Translations under genes and position numbers: made by a program
Notes under the pieces: generated by a model
What the model was told of the DNA's origin: nothing
Databases searched by the model: none
What the model saw: the letters and a program-made list of their open reading frames with translations, nothing else
Part shown: in pieces, positions 45,608-54,856 of the stretch
Layout of the letters: every line of letters begins with the position of its first letter
How positions within the stretch are numbered: the stretch's first letter is position 1
Origin: a bacterium
GTDB taxonomy: Bacteria; Patescibacteriota; Minisyncoccia; UBA6257; GWB1-50-10
Assembly: GCA_021815205.1 (NCBI GenBank)
Contig: JAKAHD010000002.1
Span: forward strand, 45,538-109,537
Direction: 5' to 3'
DNA length: 64,000 nt

Positions 45608-46549
45608 ATGGCTCGCGTCATAGCAGTATGCAATCAAAAAGGGGGCGTCGGGAAAACCACAACCGCAATGAATCTTGCGGCATATCTCGCAATATATGGG
45701 AGACGGGTGCTCCTTATTGATTTCGACCCGCAGTTCAATGCGACGTCCGGATTGGGCGTGACCTACGCGCCGGACGAGACGATCTACCACGCACTCCTCG
45801 GGGGACAGGCGCACGAGCGGGTGATCAAGCGCACCTATCTCGCAAATCTCGAGCTTACGCCCGCGTCTCCGGATCTCGCGGGGGCCTTGGTGGAGCTTGT
45901 GAATCTTCCCGAGAGGGAATGGTATCTGCATCGCTTTGTGAAAAAGGTGGGGGATTGGTATGATTTTGTGCTCATAGATCTCGGGCCAAGTTTAAACCTT
46001 CTCACCGTGAACGGGCTTCTCGCCGCGGATGAAGTCTTAATCCCTGTGCAGTGCGAATACTACAGTTTGGAAGGATTGTCCCAGCTCTTGGAGAGCATCG
46101 AGCTCATCAAGAATAATCTGGGGCACGAGATTCGTTCGGTGAGCGCCCTTATCACCATGTACGACAAACGGGAAAAACTTTCGCGCGAGATTGCGCGCGA
46201 AGTGCGCCGCCGTTTTCCGTACAAGGTGTATGAGGCGGAGATACCGCGATCGGTGAGTCTCGCCGAAGCGCCGAGTTACAAAAAACCGATCATGCTCTAC
46301 GCGCCGCAGAGCCCCGGCGCGATCGCGTACGAGGCGCTTGCGCAGGAGATTCTCGGGATGGTCGAGGAACGCGTGATGGGTACGCATCCTCCCATGCGCC
46401 CGGTCGAGAAAAAACTCGCCTCGATGCAAAAAGAAGCGTCTCGGATAGTGGAATCCGCGATGCAAGAAGAAGCCGCGCGCGCCGATTTCGAAGCACCCCC
46501 CTTTGAACTTCCCCTGGACGCCCCGTATCCCTTTGACATCTTGCGATAA
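45608..46549 (+). CDS. parA: chromosome partitioning ATPase ParA/Soj
   Basis: Deviant Walker A KGGVGKTTTA; ParA family; C-terminal extension. Confidence 0.9.
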   Translation: MARVIAVCNQKGGVGKTTTAMNLAAYLAIYGRRVLLIDFDPQFNATSGLGVTYAPDETIYHALLGGQAHERVIKRTYLANLELTPASPDLAGALVELVNLPEREWYLHRFVKKVGDWYDFVLIDLGPSLNLLTVNGLLAADEVLIPVQCEYYSLEGLSQLLESIELIKNNLGHEIRSVSALITMYDKREKLSREIAREVRRRFPYKVYEAEIPRSVSLAEAPSYKKPIMLYAPQSPGAIAYEALAQEILGMVEERVMGTHPPMRPVEKKLASMQKEASRIVESAMQEEAARADFEAPPFELPLDAPYPFDILR

Positions 46550-46986
46550 CTCCTTCTCGCTTATTTTTCCCGGATTGTATCGAAGTTCAACCTCGCTATT
46601 TTTAGGATAGTGAAGTTGAACTTCGATAGGGTTTCCGGGTTCCGTATGTTTCATCAAACCTCGTGTTGACACGCGAGAGCGGAATGCTATCATTCTCTAC
46701 GGTTCGTGCCAATGTGAGGAGGTCTTGTCGTGTTCGAATTCGCACACGGCCGTTGCGGAGGAGGGTGCGACAGGCATTCGATCATTTGTATTGAGCTAAC
46801 GTATACGTTTCACTAAGACAGAGGATCATACTACGATCTCCGAAACGGTGTACCAAGTACTTCATATTTCGAGTTGCTCTTTGTTTATTTTTTATTGACA
46901 TTGTCCTCGAGATTTCTTTTGAAGGAACGGAATATCGTCGAAGGAGGCCTTGGTGTGCCTCTGTTTTAGTTTGTTCTCTTAGATTA

Positions 46987-47036
46987 CCGCTGATTGCGAG
47001 CTGATTTTCGCGGATATGGCATCTGCGGCAATCAGC
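46987..47036. repeat. MITE-like element Z (copy without nested insert)
   Basis: ccgctgattgcgagctgattttcgcggatatggcatctgcggcaatcagc. Confidence 0.55.
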
Positions 47037-47102
47037 TTCACCCCGTTAGAAGTTGCGCAGAAATAATGATGCGTCTTCTTCTATGATGCGATTATCATAA
47101 AT

Positions 47103-47229
47103 CCCGTGAGAAGCTCACATGGGGTAGTAAACCCCGCGTTCGCCACGGGACGAGGCATTCACCCCCACACTAAATGAGTGTGGGGGTTCATCCCTGTGGC
47201 ACGCCCGGGGTTTTCTGCTTCTCACGGGA
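47103..47229. repeat. MITE-like element X with nested Y palindrome (47161-47187)
   Basis: tcccgtgagaagctcacatggggtagtaaaccccgcgttcgccacggg[acgaggcattcacccccacactaaatgagtgtgggggttcatccctgtggcacgcccgg]ggttttctgcttctcacggga vs uninterrupted copy at 10104-10171. Confidence 0.75.
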
Positions 47230-47363
47230 TAAAGAACTGGGAGTGATCCCAATGTGAGACTTCTAACGGGGTAAAATCAGCGAAATTTTGAACAACAAAA
47301 AGAATACGGGGCAACAACAATTATGAATACCAACAATCCTCCGCTATAATATATAATAATTAT

Positions 47364-48302
47364 ATGCCAGGACAGGGATTATCTTCTCTCATTCCGCAAA
47401 AAGGAAACGAGGAGCATACGCGCGGAGAAGAGAAGGCGCACCCCGAAGTATTGCCGCTCGTGAACGCGCACGAGCACGTGGCGCCGCCGCGCGAGAAGCG
47501 CGATCATCACGCGCACGAATCGGTGTTCCAAATAGAAACGGAGAAAATAAAACCGAATCCGTATCAGCCGCGGCACGAATTTGAGGAAGAAGGAATCGAG
47601 GAGCTCATGCAGTCGATCAGGGAGTTTGGCGTCATACAGCCGCTTATCGTTTCAAGTATCACCGAAGAAACGGAATCGGGAACGCGCGTCTCATACCAGC
47701 TCATTGCCGGGGAGCGGCGCCTTCGCGCCGCGAAGAAACTCGGGCTCGCCCAAGTGCCTGCAATCATAAGAGCGGTCAATGAGGGCCGTTCGAAGCTCGA
47801 GATGGCGCTTATTGAGAACATTCAACGAGAAGACTTGAACCCGCTCGAAGCGGCGAACGCCTACGTGCGGCTCGCGGATGAGTTCCAGCTTACCCAGCGG
47901 GAGATCGCCCGTAAGGTGGGGAAAAGCAGGGAGACGGTGGCGAATGCCATGCGGCTTCTGGGGCTTCCGGCGCATATCCAAAGCGCGCTCCGCGAAAAAA
48001 AGATCAGCGAGTCGCAGGCGCGGACCCTGCTCGGCATAAATGATCGCGAGGCGCAGGAAAATGCGTTTCGGGATGCCCTCGAGAAAAAAACAAGTGTCCA
48101 TTCGCTTCGGATGAAGCGCCCTGCGGCCGAGTCCCCATCGGATTCGGAAACGGCATACTGGAAGAAGCGATTTGAGGAAACGCTCGGCATGCCCGTCGCG
48201 ATCGCGAAAAAGAACGGGAAAGGGAAGATCACGCTTTCTTTCTATTCCGAGGAAGAGTGGAACGCGCTCGTTGGCAAGCTTCTCGGCGAGATGAAAGAAT
48301 GA
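47364..48302 (+). CDS. parB: chromosome partitioning protein ParB/Spo0J
   Basis: ParB box (GERRLRAAK), HTH, N-terminal IKPNPYQPR. Confidence 0.9.
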   Translation: MPGQGLSSLIPQKGNEEHTRGEEKAHPEVLPLVNAHEHVAPPREKRDHHAHESVFQIETEKIKPNPYQPRHEFEEEGIEELMQSIREFGVIQPLIVSSITEETESGTRVSYQLIAGERRLRAAKKLGLAQVPAIIRAVNEGRSKLEMALIENIQREDLNPLEAANAYVRLADEFQLTQREIARKVGKSRETVANAMRLLGLPAHIQSALREKKISESQARTLLGINDREAQENAFRDALEKKTSVHSLRMKRPAAESPSDSETAYWKKRFEETLGMPVAIAKKNGKGKITLSFYSEEEWNALVGKLLGEMKE

Positions 48303-48319
48303 GGGTTCTGGAACCTGTT

Positions 48320-50017
48320 TCACCTAATGGACTTGTAGCTTACCTCCCGCGTGCCGGGGATTTTTTTCAGGTTCACGAGAAGTTTCCCGAGTTTTCGTTC
48401 CGGAAACGCAGAAGCGCGAAGCGTGACGGCCGAGAACTTCATGCGGTGGTCCGTCTGGCTTGTGAGGAAGGAGATGTTTACCTTTGCGTTTCCGAATACT
48501 GCCGTAACGTCCTTCAAGTAGCCGGGCCTGTCCACGTTTATGATCCTGAACTCGATGAGCGCTGGCTCCTTTTTTGCGTGCAGGCCGATATGTTTTGCGT
48601 GGAGCGCGATTCTGATATGTTTCTTTGCCGCCGCGGTCTTCGCGAGGCGGAGCCAGCTTTCTGAAGGTTTCTTGCCCCGTTGCGTGATAATTTCTACCAT
48701 ATCTCCCGAGTGGAGCACGTAGTCGAAGGGCACGATGACGTGGTTCACCTTTGCTCCCACGCACTCGTTGCCGATGTCGGTATGGATGCGGTAGGCGAAG
48801 TCGATCGGGGTTGCGCCGAAGGGAAGATCAACAATGTCGTTCCGCGGCGTGAGCACGAAGATCCGGTCTTTGAAAAAATCAAACTTCAACCCCTCAAGGA
48901 ATTCTTTCTCGTTCACGAAGTGCTTCTGCCAGTTTTGGAGCTGCGTGATCCACGTGAGCTCTTTTTTGTTTTTTACCCCCTTCCATTCGTTGCGTTTGTC
49001 TTTCGAACTTTTCACCTGCTCGTACGCCCAGTGGGCGGCGATACCCATCTCGTTTGCTTCGTGCATCTCCTCGGTTTTGATCTGCACCTCGAGGATCCGG
49101 CTGTCGGCACAGAAGACGGTCGTGTGCAAGCTCCGATAGCCGTTCGGTTTGGGACGCGCGATATAATCTTTAAAACGGTTCGGCACGGGTTGCCAGAGTT
49201 GATGTACAACACCGAGTGCGGCATAACACTCGGCGACGGTCCTTGTGATGATACGGAGCGCAACGAGATCGTAGATTCTCGAGAGATCCATATCGTAGCG
49301 AAGCAGTTTCTTGTAGAGGCTATAGTAGCGCTTCGCCCTCGAATCGATGCGTATCGGATGAATGCCGTTCCGCGCGAGTTCTTTCGTGATCAAGGGCACC
49401 ACTTTTTTCGCATACGCTTCGCGCGTTGCATAGTCGTTCTTGGTTTCTTGAAGGAGCCATCGGTACTCTTCGGGATGTACGTAAGGAAACGCGAGGTCCT
49501 CGAGTTCGCCGCTCAAGCGTTGCATGCCGAGGCGGTAAGCAAGCGGCGCGTAGATCTCGGTTGTTTCCCAGGCAAAACGTTCCTGCCGATCGGGAGGAAG
49601 AAACTTGAGCGTCTTCATGTTGTGGAAGCGATCCGCAAGCTTGATAAGGAGAACGCGCAGATCCTTACCGAACGAGAGGATGAATCTCCGGAGATTTTCA
49701 ATGTCCGGATTTTCGGGATACTGAAGGGTCTTGAGTTTTGTAAGCCCGTCAACGAGAAAGGCGATCTCCTCGCCGAACGCTTTCTTGATATCGCGGATCG
49801 TGACATCGGAATCTTCGACGACGTCGTGCAAAAACGCCGCCGCGACCGCGGCATCTCCCAGATGCCATTCGTACGAGCTTCGTGCGACCTCAATGCTGTG
49901 GACGATGTAGGGGTCGCCGTTCATGCGCTTCGCGTCTTTATGGATCTCCGCCGCGAATGCGTAGGCCTTATGCGCCACACTGTCACTTGGAATCTTCTCA
50001 AGCCACTCGATCGCCAT
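48320..50017 (-). CDS. bifunctional (p)ppGpp synthetase/hydrolase RelA/SpoT family (short)
   Basis: HD domain (HDVVED), synthetase domain, TGS domain; + strand ORF 48680..50521 is its shadow (except groES at its 3' end). Confidence 0.9.
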   Translation of the reverse strand: MAIEWLEKIPSDSVAHKAYAFAAEIHKDAKRMNGDPYIVHSIEVARSSYEWHLGDAAVAAAFLHDVVEDSDVTIRDIKKAFGEEIAFLVDGLTKLKTLQYPENPDIENLRRFILSFGKDLRVLLIKLADRFHNMKTLKFLPPDRQERFAWETTEIYAPLAYRLGMQRLSGELEDLAFPYVHPEEYRWLLQETKNDYATREAYAKKVVPLITKELARNGIHPIRIDSRAKRYYSLYKKLLRYDMDLSRIYDLVALRIITRTVAECYAALGVVHQLWQPVPNRFKDYIARPKPNGYRSLHTTVFCADSRILEVQIKTEEMHEANEMGIAAHWAYEQVKSSKDKRNEWKGVKNKKELTWITQLQNWQKHFVNEKEFLEGLKFDFFKDRIFVLTPRNDIVDLPFGATPIDFAYRIHTDIGNECVGAKVNHVIVPFDYVLHSGDMVEIITQRGKKPSESWLRLAKTAAAKKHIRIALHAKHIGLHAKKEPALIEFRIINVDRPGYLKDVTAVFGNAKVNISFLTSQTDHRMKFSAVTLRASAFPERKLGKLLVNLKKIPGTREVSYKSIR

Positions 50018-50045
50018 GCCTTTATTGTAGAATCGTTTTTCTGCC

Positions 50046-50108
50046 TTGACAAAACGACCCTCATGCCTACAATAATGAACGTTAGCAGTGAGAAGTCGAC
50101 ACTGCTAG
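50046..50108 (+). promoter_or_regulatory. groESL sigma70 promoter (TTGACA-N16-TACAAT) followed by CIRCE (TTAGCAGTG-N9-CACTGCTAG, 50082-50108)
   Basis: -35 at 50046-51, -10 at 50068-73; CIRCE inverted repeat 9+9 with 9-nt spacer. Confidence 0.8.
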
Positions 50109-50112
50109 TCAG

Positions 50113-50222
50113 CACGCATGAATATACACTACTATCCACGAATATCACGAATACGGAACGAAAACGTTTGCGTAATCGAGTATTATTCGTGGCATTCGTG
50201 TGCAATTCGTGCGCATTCGTGC
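50113..50222. repeat. CACGAAT/ATTCGTG-type imperfect palindrome in groES leader (variant of T-element family)
   Basis: cacgcatgaatat..ccacgaatatcacgaatacggaacgaaaacg ... attcgtggcattcgtgtgcaattcgtgcgcattcgtgcg, ending 3 nt before groES ATG. Confidence 0.7.
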
Positions 50223-50224
50223 GT

Positions 50225-50521
50225 ATGAAATTAAAACCATTATCGAATCATGTGCTCATCGAACGTATCGAAGAGGAGCGCATGGTCACGAAGTCGGGAA
50301 TCGTACTTCCCGATACGGTCGAAAAAAAGGAACAAACAAAAGGAACGGTCGTTGCAGTAGGTCCGGGGAAGGCGCAGAACGGCACGAGGATCGCACCCGA
50401 AGTAAAACCGGGTGACAAGGTACTCTTTAATAAGCCGTGGGGGGAAGATAAGAAGATTGAAGAGGACGGAAAGGTCTACTTTCTCGCGGACGAGGACGAT
50501 GTGCTGGCGATCATTGAGTAA
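50225..50521 (+). CDS. groES: co-chaperonin GroES
   Basis: MKLKPLSNHVLIERIEEE..T.SGIVLPDT..EK...G.VVAVG.G; 98 aa. Confidence 0.9.
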   Translation: MKLKPLSNHVLIERIEEERMVTKSGIVLPDTVEKKEQTKGTVVAVGPGKAQNGTRIAPEVKPGDKVLFNKPWGEDKKIEEDGKVYFLADEDDVLAIIE

Positions 50522-50635
50522 ATAATTATATCAGCATACATCTGCCTTATCAGTATAAATCAGCGTCGGCCCCTCATCTGTAAGAGAACGCTGATCAATG
50601 CTGATAGAGCCGATAGATGCTGATAACGAATGAAT

Positions 50636-52270
50636 ATGGCGAAACAAATAAAATTCAACGAAGAGGCGCGCATTGCCTTAAAAAAAGGAATCGATACCCT
50701 TGCCGCCGCCGTAAAGATGACGCTTGGCCCCCGCGGCCGCGCGGTCGTGATCGAGAAGGGGTACGGCGCGCCGCAGGTAACGTTCGACGGCGTGACGGTC
50801 GCGAAAGAAATCGAGCTCGAAGGGAAGTATGAAAACCTCGGCGCCGAGTTCATTAAACAGGCGGCTGATAAGACGAACGACAACGTAGGAGACGGCACGA
50901 CCACCTCGGTTGTCTTGACCCACGCGCTTATCGAAGAAGGTGAGAAAGTGATCCGCGAGAAAGGGTTCAATGTCATTCAACTTGCCGAAGAGCTCAAGAA
51001 AGAAAGCGAGTCGGTCATCAAGGCGCTCGAAGCCCAGAAAGAAGAAATCAACGACAGCAAGAAGATCGAAGAAGTGGCGACGCTCTCCGCAAAGGACGCC
51101 TCGATCGGAAAACTCATCGCGGAAGTGATGACAAAAGTGGGAAGAGAAGGCGTCGTCACTGTCGAAGATTCGAACACGATAGGGAACTCGTACGAGATGG
51201 TTGAGGGCATGCAGTTCGATCGCGGCTACGTGTCGCAGTATATGGTGACGAATCAGGAAAAAATGGAATCCGAGCTCGAAGACCCGTATGTGCTCGTCAC
51301 CGACCGAAAGATCTCCTCAATTAATGAACTTCTGCCGCTCTTGGAGAAAGTTTTGCAGAGCGGAAAGAAAGAGCTCTTTATCATCGCGGATGATGTGGAC
51401 GGCGAGGCGCTCGCGACGATTATCGTGAACAAAATCCGCGGTATCGTGAATATCGTGGCGGTTAAGGCTCCCGGATTCGGCGACAGGAAAAAAGAAATGC
51501 TGCAGGATATCGCGATCGTGACCGGCGCCGATTATATCTCGGAAGATCTCGGCAAGAAGCTCGAGAACACGGATATTGATCAGCTCGGACACGCGCATCG
51601 CGTAATTGCCTCGAAGGATGCGACGACGATCGTGAGCGGCAAAGGAGATAAGAAGGCGATCGAGGATCGCGTGGCGCAGATCAAGGCGCAGATCAAGAAA
51701 ACCGAATCGGAATTCGACAAGGAGAAACTGCAGGAACGCCTCGGGAAACTCGCGGGAGGCGTCGCGGTGATTAAAGTCGGTGCGCCCACGGAATCCGCGC
51801 AGAAAGAACTGAAACAGCGCGTGGATGACGCGGTCGCGGCGACCCGCGCCGCGATGGAGGAGGGAATCGTGCCCGGCGGCGGCATTGCGCTTTTCAATGT
51901 GTACCGCGAGAAGTCACAGGAAACGGGAAGAGGAGAACTTGAAAAAAATACGCTCGGGATCGTGTGTGCGGCCTTGAAAGCCCCGCTCTCCGCGATTGTG
52001 GAGAATAGCGGCGAGTCACCGAAGGTCGTGATCGAAGAGCTGCTTTCCAAAAAGAAAGGAAAGAATGACGCATGGATCGGTTTCAACGCCGCAACAAACA
52101 AGATCGGCGACTTGAAGGAGGTCGGCATCATTGATCCTCTGAAAGTGACGAAGACGGCGTGGCGGAACGCGATCTCTGTTGCGGCGAATTACTTGACGAT
52201 CGGCGCCGCGGTAACCGAGATTCCCGAAAAGAAGGACAAGGCGCCCGGCGGCATGGATATGGGGTACTAG
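50636..52270 (+). CDS. groEL: chaperonin GroEL
   Basis: MAKQIKFNEEAR...; full Cpn60; C-terminal GGMDMGY. Confidence 0.97.
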   Translation: MAKQIKFNEEARIALKKGIDTLAAAVKMTLGPRGRAVVIEKGYGAPQVTFDGVTVAKEIELEGKYENLGAEFIKQAADKTNDNVGDGTTTSVVLTHALIEEGEKVIREKGFNVIQLAEELKKESESVIKALEAQKEEINDSKKIEEVATLSAKDASIGKLIAEVMTKVGREGVVTVEDSNTIGNSYEMVEGMQFDRGYVSQYMVTNQEKMESELEDPYVLVTDRKISSINELLPLLEKVLQSGKKELFIIADDVDGEALATIIVNKIRGIVNIVAVKAPGFGDRKKEMLQDIAIVTGADYISEDLGKKLENTDIDQLGHAHRVIASKDATTIVSGKGDKKAIEDRVAQIKAQIKKTESEFDKEKLQERLGKLAGGVAVIKVGAPTESAQKELKQRVDDAVAATRAAMEEGIVPGGGIALFNVYREKSQETGRGELEKNTLGIVCAALKAPLSAIVENSGESPKVVIEELLSKKKGKNDAWIGFNAATNKIGDLKEVGIIDPLKVTKTAWRNAISVAANYLTIGAAVTEIPEKKDKAPGGMDMGY

Positions 52271-52324
52271 TAAAATGAAGCTCCGCGGGCTTACGCCCGG
52301 GGTATTCTCGCGCAGGCGGATAAA

Positions 52325-52370
52325 GGGGTGTCCAACCTCCTTAGGAGGTTGGACACCCTTAGGATTTTCA
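52325..52370 (+). terminator. rho-independent terminator after groEL
   Basis: gggtgtccaacctcc-ttag-gaggttggacaccc hairpin followed by T-rich tract. Confidence 0.7.
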
Positions 52371-52404
52371 GATCAGAATGGGGGATTTTTGCTATACTGA
52401 ACTC

Positions 52405-53334
52405 ATGAAACAATACCTCGATTTGCTCCGCGACGTGGTGGAGCATGGGACAAGGAAGGGTGATCGAACCGGCACGGGAACCGTCTCGATCTTCGGGCGG
52501 CAGATACGTTTCAATCTCGAAGACGGATTTCCCGCGGTGACGACGAAGAAGCTCTATATGAAAGCCGTGATCCATGAACTCTTATGGCTTTTGATGGGCG
52601 AGACGAACATCCAGTACCTTGTGAAGCACGACGTGAAGATCTGGAACGAGTGGGCGTTCGAGGTGTATCTCGCGAAAAATAATCTCCGCGAACAATATCC
52701 GCGCTACTCCGATGCGTGGCAGGAAGAGATGAAAAATTTTATCGAGAGGGTAAAGACGGATGACGTGTTTGCAAAAGCATGGGGCGAACTGGGGCCGATC
52801 TACGGAAAGCAGTGGCGGAGGTGGCAGGGACCGAACGGAGAAGAGGTGGATCAGATTGCAAACATAGTGGATCTAATTGAACACGATCCGACCTCGCGGA
52901 GAATTATCGTAAGCGGGTGGAACGTGGGAGAGATTCAGGAACTCGTGCGAAACCATCATTCGGCGCCACCGCCGTGCCACACGCTTTTTCAATTTATTGT
53001 GGTGGATGGAAAACTTTCGTGCCAGCTCTATCAGCGGAGCGCCGACCTTTTTCTTGGAGTACCCTTCAATATCGCGTCGTACGCGCTTCTCACGATGATG
53101 CTCGCGCAGGTGACGGGCCTGAAGCCGGGAGAGTTCATTCATACGTTCGGCGACGCGCATATTTATCTGAATCATCTGGATCAGGTGAGAGAGCAACTCT
53201 CGCGCACGCCGCGGCCCCTGCCTCGCATGAAGATTAATCCGAGCGTGAAGTCCATCTTCGATTTTAAGTATGAGGACTTTGAACTCGAGGGCTATGACCC
53301 GTACCCCGCCATCAAGGCGCCGATTTCAGTCTAA
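52405..53334 (+). CDS. thyA: thymidylate synthase (ThyA) with ~45-aa insertion
   Basis: DRTGTGT, active-site [27 protein letters not shown]. Confidence 0.9.
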   Translation: MKQYLDLLRDVVEHGTRKGDRTGTGTVSIFGRQIRFNLEDGFPAVTTKKLYMKAVIHELLWLLMGETNIQYLVKHDVKIWNEWAFEVYLAKNNLREQYPRYSDAWQEEMKNFIERVKTDDVFAKAWGELGPIYGKQWRRWQGPNGEEVDQIANIVDLIEHDPTSRRIIVSGWNVGEIQELVRNHHSAPPPCHTLFQFIVVDGKLSCQLYQRSADLFLGVPFNIASYALLTMMLAQVTGLKPGEFIHTFGDAHIYLNHLDQVREQLSRTPRPLPRMKINPSVKSIFDFKYEDFELEGYDPYPAIKAPISV

Positions 53335-53354
53335 AACTTATGCCAAGATATTTT

Positions 53355-53402
53355 GTCATCCTGAGTTTTTCTGTCATCACTGAACGCAGTGAAGGATCTT
53401 CT
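53355..53402. repeat. W-element partial copy
   Basis: tgtcatcctgagtttttctgtcatcactgaacgcagtgaaggatcttc. Confidence 0.5.
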
Positions 53403-53416
53403 TTGATTAAATAGTA

Positions 53417-53914
53417 ATGATTATCTCTCTTATTGCAGCACTATCGAACGACGGAGTGATCGGGAACCGTGGGAAGATTCCGTGGCATCTTCCCGCGGAT
53501 TTGAAGCATTTCAAGGAGATCACGTTGGGGCACCCCGTGATCATGGGGCGAAAAACTTATGAATCAATAGGGAAACCGCTTCCCGGGAGAACGAACATTA
53601 TTGTAACGCGGCACAAGGAGTATGCTGCGCCGGAGTGCGTCGTGGCATCCACACTCGAAGAAGCGTTCGATGCCGCGCGCGTCTCGGGTGCGGGAGAAGC
53701 GTTTGTGATAGGAGGCGCGGAGATTTATAAAGAAGCGATGCCGCGCGCGGAGAAACTGTACCTCACGAACGTGGAAGGAGATTTCGAGGGAGACGCATTT
53801 TTTCCCGAAGTGAGTTCGCTTGAATGGAAGGAGATTTCGAGGGAGAAGGGAGTCGTGGACGAGAAGAACGGGTATCCGCATACATTTCTTGTATTTGAAA
53901 GAAAACGGAATTGA
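53417..53914 (+). CDS. folA: dihydrofolate reductase
   Basis: IAA...DGVIG....IPWHLP.DLK.FK..T.G..VIMGRKT.ESIG.PLP.R.NIVVTR. Confidence 0.9.
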   Translation: MIISLIAALSNDGVIGNRGKIPWHLPADLKHFKEITLGHPVIMGRKTYESIGKPLPGRTNIIVTRHKEYAAPECVVASTLEEAFDAARVSGAGEAFVIGGAEIYKEAMPRAEKLYLTNVEGDFEGDAFFPEVSSLEWKEISREKGVVDEKNGYPHTFLVFERKRN

Positions 53915-53938
53915 CATTTTTTCGGTTCCCGTGATAAT
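53911..53938 (+). promoter_or_regulatory. near-consensus sigma70 promoter (TTGACA-N16-GATAAT)
   Basis: ttgacattttttcggttcccgtgataat immediately after folA stop. Confidence 0.6.
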
Positions 53939-53944
53939 CTGGAG

Positions 53945-54125
53945 TCCGATAGACCTTTCACATACACGGCGGAGTCTTATGGTTGAGGTCCTGGCCGCAT
54001 GATGTCGGAGTTATCGCCCGACAACACGCAACTGATGATAGGCTAATGTCATCGGTGCCGGGACGAGGGTTCGAGTCCTTTGCTCCGCACGAAGTTTCTC
54101 TCCTCGCAGAAAAGGAGGTCGGCAT
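53945..54125 (+). ncRNA. candidate structured RNA or long leader of lemA-htpX (tRNA-like T-arm; ends in hairpin + U-tract)
   Basis: ~180 nt between strong promoter and lemA; gaggg-ttcgagt-ccttt T-arm-like motif pairing gcggagt/gctccgc (too long for a tRNA); hairpin tctcctc-gcagaaaa-ggagg followed by tttttatattt. Confidence 0.3.
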
Positions 54126-54184
54126 TTTTATATTTCCCGCCGCACCTCCTTTCTTTTTTCTCTCGTCGTGCTATACTGTCTCAC

Positions 54185-54739
54185 ATGACCCCAGAAACAA
54201 TAATTCTTATTATCGCCGCGGTGATTATAGTGTGGGCGATTTCTTCGTTTAACGGTCTTGTTTCAAGGAAAAACAGGGTTGCCGAGGCGTGGTCGGATAT
54301 CGAGGTCCAGCTCAAACGCCGGTACGATCTGATCCCGAATCTCGTCGAGACCGTGAAAGGATATGCCGCGCACGAGAAATCCGTGCTTGAGAATGTGACC
54401 AATGCCCGTACTGCCGCAATGTCTACCGAAGATCCCAAGGCGAAACTCCAGGCGGAAAACCAACTCTCCCAAACCTTGAAGACGCTCTTCGCGGTCGCGG
54501 AGAATTATCCCCAGCTCAAGGCGAACGAAAACTTTTCGAAACTGCAGGACGAACTCACCGATACGGAAGACAAGATTCAAGCCGCGCGCAGGTTTTATAA
54601 CGGCAATGTCCGCGACTACAACACGGCGATCGAGGTGTTTCCGAAGAACGTGATTGCCGGCATGTTCGGCTTCACGCACAAAGAACTCTTTGACGTGGAC
54701 AACGACGTCGAGAAACAACCAATCCAAGTCAAGTTCTAA
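54185..54739 (+). CDS. lemA: LemA family protein
   Basis: N-terminal TM; W.D.E.QLKRR.DLIPNLV..VKGYA.HE; typical lemA-htpX pairing. Confidence 0.85.
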   Translation: MTPETIILIIAAVIIVWAISSFNGLVSRKNRVAEAWSDIEVQLKRRYDLIPNLVETVKGYAAHEKSVLENVTNARTAAMSTEDPKAKLQAENQLSQTLKTLFAVAENYPQLKANENFSKLQDELTDTEDKIQAARRFYNGNVRDYNTAIEVFPKNVIAGMFGFTHKELFDVDNDVEKQPIQVKF

Positions 54740-54741
54740 CG

Positions 54742-54852
54742 CACGAATGGGCACAAATCGCCCACGAATATCACAAATTCGTATGAGTGGTATTCGTGTT
54801 CGTCGACCGGCGGGATTTGTGTCGCATTTGTGGTTTATTAGTGTATATTCGT
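54742..54852. repeat. CACGAAT/ATTCGTG-type imperfect palindrome in htpX leader
   Basis: gcacgaatgggcacaaatcgcccacgaatatcacaaattcgtatgagtggtattcgtgttcg ... tatattcgtgcg ending at htpX start. Confidence 0.65.
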
Positions 54853-54856
54853 GCGT

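Noticed and set aside
48680-50521. 613-aa + strand ORF
   Set aside because: Its first ~510 codons are the antisense shadow of the RelA/SpoT gene (48320-50017, -) and translate to low-complexity nonsense. Only the last 99 codons (50225-50521) are real (groES).
53968-54076. tRNA, tmRNA or SRP RNA call for the T-arm-containing segment
   Set aside because: Acceptor-like helix and T-arm are present but the span is ~110 nt with no convincing D or anticodon arms. No tmRNA tag reading frame with a typical ALAA-like end and no CCA-adjacent GGGG/CCCC pairing. No SRP domain IV GGAA motif. Kept only as a generic ncRNA/leader candidate.
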